Notes under the pieces: model-generated | Database searches by the model: none | The model's input: the letters and a program-made list of their open reading frames with translations, nothing else | Told to the model about the DNA's origin: nothing | In this document: positions 57,356-64,000 of the stretch, in pieces | Layout of the letters: each line of letters starts with the position of its first letter | Position numbering within the stretch: the first letter of the stretch is position 1 | NCBI GenBank assembly: GCA_046292385.1 | Contig: JBKBRF010000011.1 | Coordinates: 49,896 to 113,895, forward strand | Length of the DNA stretch: 64,000 nt | Direction: 5' to 3' | Source: Armatimonadota bacterium | GTDB taxonomy: Bacteria > Armatimonadota > SYMT01 | Program-made: the position numbers and the translations under genes

Positions 57356-57448
57356 AGGTGGTAGCAGGTTGGCAGGTTGGCAGGTTGCAGGTTAGCCGTC
57401 CGCGAGACGGGTTCGGAACCTGCCAACCTGGAACCTGGAACCTGCTAA
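57356..57448. repeat. repeat family A copy 4 (GGTAGCAGGTTGGCAGGTTGGCAGGTTGCAGGTTAGCC-gtccgcgagacGGGTTCGGAACC-TGCCAACCTGGAACCTGGAACCTGCTAAC)
   Basis: The best-preserved copy. Begins 7 nt after the DUF1501 stop, between convergent genes. Confidence 0.65.
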
Positions 57449-57505
57449 CGATGAGACTTACGCTCCCAGCCACCACCCGATGACGCGGTCTGCCACGCGC
57501 AGCAG

Positions 57506-58441
57506 TCAGGCCGGTCGCGGCGGCAGCTCCCGGTAGCCGGGGGTCACCTGGGCGATGTTCGGCGTGAGGTCCGCCTCCACGTTGCCGAAGACCCAGGAGA
57601 GCCCGCCCAGGAAGACCGACTGGAAGATCGGGCTGGTCCAGACGTCCTCCCGGTGGCCCATGGAGGTGTAGAAAACGCGTCCCTGCCCGTGCTTGCGGGC
57701 CCAGGTGGAGGGATACGGTGGGCGCTGGTAGTCGGAGCCGTTCATCCCCTCCGTCTCCTGCACCAGCAGCACGTGGAGGTCGGGGCGGAAGTCCTTCAGG
57801 GAGTACCACTCCTCCATCATCCGGAACTGCTCCCCGGTCTTTACGTTCAGCGCCGCCATGCCGGGGAAGCGGGTGTCGACCACGCGCATCCCCGCCACCT
57901 GCTGCGGCCCGTGCCGGATGAACTCCGCGCCGATCATGGCGACGTACGGGTCGACCCTGTCCCCGTGGTTGACGAACCGGTTGGAGCGGTCCGGCGGGTC
58001 CGGCTGCGTGTGGAACGTGTCGGTGGCGCTGTGCGTGCCGATGAACCCCTTGCCGGCGCGGATCGCGTCGAGGAGCGCCTGCTTCCCCTGCGGCGTCATC
58101 GGCGGATTCTTATCGGTGCCCGGCGTGGTGAGATCGCCCGTGGTGTAAAAGAAGAAGGCGTCGTACCGGGCCAGGTTCTCCGGGGTGAAGACGGAGCCGT
58201 CCTTGGTCGACGTCACCTCAAAGCCGTGCTTCGGTCCCAGCTCCGCGAGGACCTTCTCCACGTGGCTCGGCTCGCCGTTCACCCGCTTGATCACCGGATG
58301 CTCGAAGCCGGACGACTTGCTGAAGAAGAGCAGCCTGCGGACCTGCTGGCCCTGTGCCGCCGCCCAGCCGAGCGGGAACGTGGAGAGTCCCATCCCGGCC
58401 GCCGCCGCGCCCGCCCCGGCGAGAAGTCGTCGCCTGTTCAT
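57506..58441 (-). CDS. ThuA-like (type 1 glutamine amidotransferase-like) protein with a Tat signal
   Basis: 'MNRRRLLAGAGAAAAGMGLS' signal. The body matches ThuA-domain proteins only loosely. Confidence 0.5.
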   Translation of the reverse strand: MNRRRLLAGAGAAAAGMGLSTFPLGWAAAQGQQVRRLLFFSKSSGFEHPVIKRVNGEPSHVEKVLAELGPKHGFEVTSTKDGSVFTPENLARYDAFFFYTTGDLTTPGTDKNPPMTPQGKQALLDAIRAGKGFIGTHSATDTFHTQPDPPDRSNRFVNHGDRVDPYVAMIGAEFIRHGPQQVAGMRVVDTRFPGMAALNVKTGEQFRMMEEWYSLKDFRPDLHVLLVQETEGMNGSDYQRPPYPSTWARKHGQGRVFYTSMGHREDVWTSPIFQSVFLGGLSWVFGNVEADLTPNIAQVTPGYRELPPRPA

Positions 58442-58483
58442 ATCGGTTACTCCTGACGTGCGCCCCGCGGGCCCGTTCCCGCG

Positions 58484-59092
58484 CTAGGAGAAGGAGACGC
58501 CGGCCTCCCGGAGACAGTCCAACACCCGCGGCAGCGGCTCCTGCCAGAGCCACGCCGGCCTCATCCGGAAGCCCGGGATCGCGATGGATGAAAGCCAGCC
58601 CGCCTCTTCCGCCACGGGGGCGTACTTCCCCTCCGGCCCGATCCGGTAGAGGTGAAGCACCTGGTACGCCGGATCCACGACCCAGTATTCGATAACTCCC
58701 GCCGCCTCATACTCGGCGAGCTTCTCGCGGCGATCGCGGTCGACACTCTCGGGGGAGACAATCTCGAAGGCGGCGTCGGGCGCTCCGTCGAGATAGGTAC
58801 GGCGGAGCGTATGTGTCTTCTCCGCGCTGACAAAGAGCAGATCTGGCACCCGCCGAAGCCCCGCCCGCAGCCGCACCTGGAACTCCGGCCCGCGGACGCG
58901 ACCGACAGGGTTGACCTCGAGATAGTTCCCCAGCAAACGCGCCAGGAAGTGGAACAGGTCGTCATGCACCGCGGATACGGGAGACATCTCAACGATCACC
59001 CCGTCGACAAACTCCGCACGGGTGTCCTCGTCGCACCATGACTCGAACTCCTCCTCGGTCATCAGCCGCGGGATCTCTGTGCGCATCGCCAT
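58484..59092 (-). CDS. Uma2 family (DUF820) PD-(D/E)xK-like putative endonuclease
   Basis: 'MTEEEFESWCDEDTRAEFVDGVIVEMSPVS' ... 'PDLLFVSAE' ... 'GAPDAAFEIVSPES' is the Uma2 pattern. Confidence 0.7.
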   Translation of the reverse strand: MAMRTEIPRLMTEEEFESWCDEDTRAEFVDGVIVEMSPVSAVHDDLFHFLARLLGNYLEVNPVGRVRGPEFQVRLRAGLRRVPDLLFVSAEKTHTLRRTYLDGAPDAAFEIVSPESVDRDRREKLAEYEAAGVIEYWVVDPAYQVLHLYRIGPEGKYAPVAEEAGWLSSIAIPGFRMRPAWLWQEPLPRVLDCLREAGVSFS

Positions 59093-59105
59093 CAGCGCAG
59101 CCCTC

Positions 59106-59717
59106 CTACCTCTGCCGGATTGCGGCCAGACAGTCCGTCACGCGGGGAAGACGCTCCTGCCAGAGCCAGTCCGGGCGCATTCGAAAGCCCTCGATCGTCT
59201 CGGAGTACAGCCAGCCATCCGTCTCCGGCACCCGGGCGTACTTCCCGTCCGACCCCAGCCGGTACAGGTGGAGCGTACGGGAATACGGATCGATGAGCCA
59301 GTATTCCGGGATCTGCGCCGCCTCGTAGTCGAGGTACTTCTCGCGCCAGTCCCGCGCCTCGCTCTCGGGGGAGACGATCTCCCACACGGCGTCCGGCGCA
59401 CCCTCGATGAGATTCTCGCGGATGCGGTCGCGATGCTCCGAAGCAACATAGGTGATATCCGGGACTCGTCGGAGGGCCGGTCGGAGGCGTACGGCGACTT
59501 CGCCGCCGAAGATCTCGCTTCCCTCCCGCGACTCCAGGTGCACGCGCAGGAGCGTCAGGATGAACACCGCGAGCCGTGCGTGATTGGTAGAGACCGGTGA
59601 CATATCGATGACCACTCCGTCGACGAATTCGGCGCGGGTGTCCTCGTCGCACCAGGCGTCGAACTCTTCCTCCGTCATGCGGAGCTCGGACGGGTGTCCT
59701 TCCAACTCCAGGCTCAT
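59106..59717 (-). CDS. Uma2 family (DUF820) putative endonuclease, tandem paralog
   Basis: 'MTEEEFDAWCDEDTRAEFVDGVVIDMSPVS' ... 'GAPDAVWEIVSPES'. This is an internal start. The long upstream ORF extension overlaps acs and was rejected. Confidence 0.7.
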   Translation of the reverse strand: MSLELEGHPSELRMTEEEFDAWCDEDTRAEFVDGVVIDMSPVSTNHARLAVFILTLLRVHLESREGSEIFGGEVAVRLRPALRRVPDITYVASEHRDRIRENLIEGAPDAVWEIVSPESEARDWREKYLDYEAAQIPEYWLIDPYSRTLHLYRLGSDGKYARVPETDGWLYSETIEGFRMRPDWLWQERLPRVTDCLAAIRQR

Positions 59718-59744
59718 CGCTCTCTCCGCGTCTCTGGTCCAGGA

Positions 59745-59813
59745 GCAAGGGCGAGCAGGCGAGGGGAGGTGGACCGGGCTCTCCCACTCCCCCACTCCGC
59801 TTTCACCCACTCC
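59745..59813. repeat. repeat family E copy 2 (gagcaagggcgagcaggcgaggggaggtgg ... gctctcccactcccccactccgctttcacccactccc)
   Basis: Shares both the GA-rich and CT-rich blocks with 52843-52927. Lies 6 nt after the acs stop. Confidence 0.45.
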
Positions 59814-59818
59814 CGGCG

Positions 59819-61774
<1,956 letters not shown>

Positions 61775-61937
61775 GAACTCGATTCTCCTCAAACGCGCGG
61801 CGCCTGCGGTCCGGAGCGGCGCCACTCTACGAGCTTAATTGTCCGGCTCCTCCGCACCTGCCTTCCCTCCTCGTAACGAGAACAATTGTTTGCGTCTGTG
61901 GTACGAGGGGAAAGACGAGGCCGGAAGGAGACGACAG

Positions 61938-62405
61938 ATGAGCAAGGTACAGGAGCGGAACGAGCGACGAACGGGAGAGACGTCTCACGGGCGCGGCGGT
62001 GCGGCGGAGGCCACGCGGGGAGAGGAACTGCACGACTCGCCGATGATGGTCCACCTGCTTGAGGCGCTGCGGGCCGGCACCGACATCGGGCACTTCGGCC
62101 GCCTCACCTTCGCGATGGTGGCGCGGCACTTCATGCCGGAGGAGGAGCTGGTGAAGCTGCTCGCAAAGCAGCCGGATCAAGACCAGCAAAAGGCCCGCGC
62201 GCTGGTGCTGCAGGTCCAGCGAAAGGGCTACAACCCGCCGAAGCGGGAGCGGATTCTGGAATGGCAGGCCCAGCAAGAGTTCCCGATCTGCCCGGACGGG
62301 GACGACCCGCAGGCATGCAACGTCTACCGCGAGCTGAAGCTGCCGGAACAGGTCTACGCCCAGATCCAGGAGTTCTGGGAAGAGCGGGCAGAGGCGGAGG
62401 AGTAG
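61938..62405 (+). CDS. hypothetical protein
   Basis: ORF only ('MSKVQERNERRTGE...'). No family recognised. Confidence 0.35.
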   Translation: MSKVQERNERRTGETSHGRGGAAEATRGEELHDSPMMVHLLEALRAGTDIGHFGRLTFAMVARHFMPEEELVKLLAKQPDQDQQKARALVLQVQRKGYNPPKRERILEWQAQQEFPICPDGDDPQACNVYRELKLPEQVYAQIQEFWEERAEAEE

Positions 62406-62756
62406 TCCGAACCGGGATTCACCGCAGAGACGCAGGCTCTCCGGACCTGTTTCACCACGGAGCGCACAGAGGACACCGAGAGGAACCGGCACGGGAATTC
62501 ACCGCGGAGAGCGCAAAGGACGCAGAGAGGGGAACAGAGGGAGAAACCCCGGGGCCGCTCGTGGGCTCGTCAGCGGATCAGTCCTAAACTCTGGGTGCCC
62601 TCTCCGCGTTCCCTCTGCGCCCTCAGCGGCCTCTGCGGTGAACTAGATTCGGATCAGGGCCGCAGTACGGCTGACGTGAAGCGAATCAGGCCCTAAACTC
62701 TGGTCCCCTCTCTGTGCCTTCTGTGCGCTCTGTGGTGAAAAACCAGGTTCGGATTC
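62405..62756. mobile_element. MITE-like family B, two tandem or nested copies (5' TIR-like starts at 62405 and 62483; 3' TIR-like ends near 62655 and 62756)
   Basis: 'gtccgaaccgggattcaccgcagagacgcag' and 'ggaaccggcacgggaattcaccgcggagagcgcaaaggacgcagagagg' match the 28268 TIR. 'ctctgcggtgaactagattcggatc' and 'ctctgtggtgaaaaaccaggttcggattc' match its 3' TIR. The internal 'ccggggccgct' block is also shared. Confidence 0.55.
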
Positions 62757-62949
62757 TGCCCGCGTCTCGGCGGTGAATCACGGGTCCCCGCTGTCATTGA
62801 CTCCCCACAGTGCGGCAGGTAGAATGGCACTCAGCGCGGCAGGGGGCCGATCTGTGGGAATAACAGGGCAGCGGGGTTCGCCGGGACTCGGGGCTTCGTG
62901 CCCGGAGTCTTTTTGTCTCAGCTTGCCAGGCCCTCCGCGCCAAGACCAG

Positions 62950-64000
62950 ATGTCAGAACTCACCCACGGCGAGAGCCGCATTACCGATAACCTGGACCAG
63001 CTCCTGCAGGTGCTGCCGCCGGACGTCCGCCTGGCGATCCAGGCCCAGACGACCGGCGAGGAGCTGCTGGAGATCGTGCTCGACCTGGGCCGCCAGCCGG
63101 AGGCTCGCTACACGAGCGGCAACGTGCTGCTTACCGACCGCGTGATCGACCACGCGGACCTGGAGTACGTCACCAGCCGCGTGGGCGAGTTCGGGAAGGA
63201 TAACCGCGCCGGCATCGAGCGGACCCTCCACCGTATCTCCGCCATCCGGAACCGCACCGGCCGCGTGGTCGGCCTCACCTGCCGCATCGGCCGCGCGGTG
63301 TTCGGAACGATCGACATCATGCGGGACGTGGTGGAGAGCGGAAAGAGCATCCTCATCCTCGGCCGGCCCGGCGTCGGAAAGACGACCAAGCTGCGCGAGG
63401 TGGCGCGCGTGCTGAGCGAGGAGTTCGGCAAGCGCGTGGTGATCGTCGACACCAGCAACGAGATCGCGGGCGACGGCGATATCCCCCACCCCGCCATCGG
63501 CCGCGCGCGCCGCATGCAGGTGCCGGAGCCGGCGCTGCAGCACGCCGTGATGATCGAAGCGGTGGAGAACCACATGCCGGAAGTGGTGATCATCGACGAG
63601 ATCGGCACGGAGCAGGAAGCGTTCGCCGCCCGCACCATTGCGGAGCGCGGCGTGCAGCTCGTCGGCACCGCCCACGGCAACACGCTCGAGAACCTGATGA
63701 TGAACCCGACGCTCTCGGATCTGATCGGCGGCATCCAGCCGGTCACCCTGAGCGACGAGGAAGCGCGCCGCCGCGGCACGCAGAAGACGGTGCTGGAGCG
63801 AAAGGCGCCGCCGACCTTCGACGTGCTGATCGAGATGATCGCCAAGGAGAAGATGGCGCTGCACGAGGACGTCTCCGGCACGGTCGACAACCTGCTGCGC
63901 GGCCGTCCGCCGCGGCCGGAGATCCGGGAGCGGACCGACGCGGGTGCCGTGGAGGTGATCCAGCCCTCTGAGGCGAGCCTGCTGCCGCCGCGGGAGGCGG
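62950..64000 (+). CDS. ycf45/SpoIIIAA-like AAA ATPase with an R3H-type nucleic-acid-binding region; 3' end beyond the window
   Basis: Not in the ORF track because there is no stop codon before the window end. Translation is '[31 protein letters not shown]...[22 protein letters not shown]...[14 protein letters not shown]...[13 protein letters not shown]...[11 protein letters not shown]'. Confidence 0.6.
   Translation, partial: MSELTHGESRITDNLDQLLQVLPPDVRLAIQAQTTGEELLEIVLDLGRQPEARYTSGNVLLTDRVIDHADLEYVTSRVGEFGKDNRAGIERTLHRISAIRNRTGRVVGLTCRIGRAVFGTIDIMRDVVESGKSILILGRPGVGKTTKLREVARVLSEEFGKRVVIVDTSNEIAGDGDIPHPAIGRARRMQVPEPALQHAVMIEAVENHMPEVVIIDEIGTEQEAFAARTIAERGVQLVGTAHGNTLENLMMNPTLSDLIGGIQPVTLSDEEARRRGTQKTVLERKAPPTFDVLIEMIAKEKMALHEDVSGTVDNLLRGRPPRPEIRERTDAGAVEVIQPSEASLLPPREA

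Noticed and set aside
62953-63890. Two minus-strand ORFs (303 and 260 aa)
   Set aside because: Antisense to the clearly coding ycf45-like ATPase frame.

Overview
This is a high-GC (~70%) bacterial chromosomal window with about 58 protein-coding genes, three tRNA genes and an unusual density of intergenic repeat elements.

Annotated genes include a 5'-truncated GH78 alpha-L-rhamnosidase, a PQQ-dependent sugar dehydrogenase, an M42 peptidase, an enolase-superfamily dehydratase, a complete mrpABCDEFG Na+/H+ antiporter operon, an adenylate cyclase, secG, a BatA-like VWA protein, purH, an ECF sigma/anti-sigma pair flanked by an orphan GspE/PilB-like ATPase and pilT, an NfeD-like/flotillin/channel-like/DcuC membrane cluster, a sugar ABC importer without an ATPase gene, hisB, acs, and a ycf45/SpoIIIAA-like ATPase truncated at the 3' edge.

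The most notable content is a selenocysteine locus. selA and selD sit next to a 99-nt tRNA with anticodon UCA, which is a tRNA-Sec (selC) candidate, and a tRNA-Ala(GGC). selD itself appears to be a selenoprotein: the ORF track's GTG start hides an upstream ATG followed by an in-frame TGA, giving MIRLTDTVKCGG-U-ASK, with a candidate SECIS hairpin downstream.

At least five families of hairpin or MITE-like repeats occur in this window. Every copy in this window lies immediately 3' of a stop codon, and several families share a GGTTCGGAAC core.

Other points of interest are a DUF4140/DUF4139-family gene split by a single in-frame TAA, a recurring CGAGGGAAT..ATTCCCTCG palindrome at three sites, a 21-bp perfect inverted repeat upstream of the dehydratase, and an Asp-Ala/His-Gly tandem-repeat insert in the NfeD-like protein.

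No CRISPR array, rRNA gene or obvious transposase gene was seen. Many long ORFs in the track are antisense artefacts of the GC-rich sequence and were discarded.
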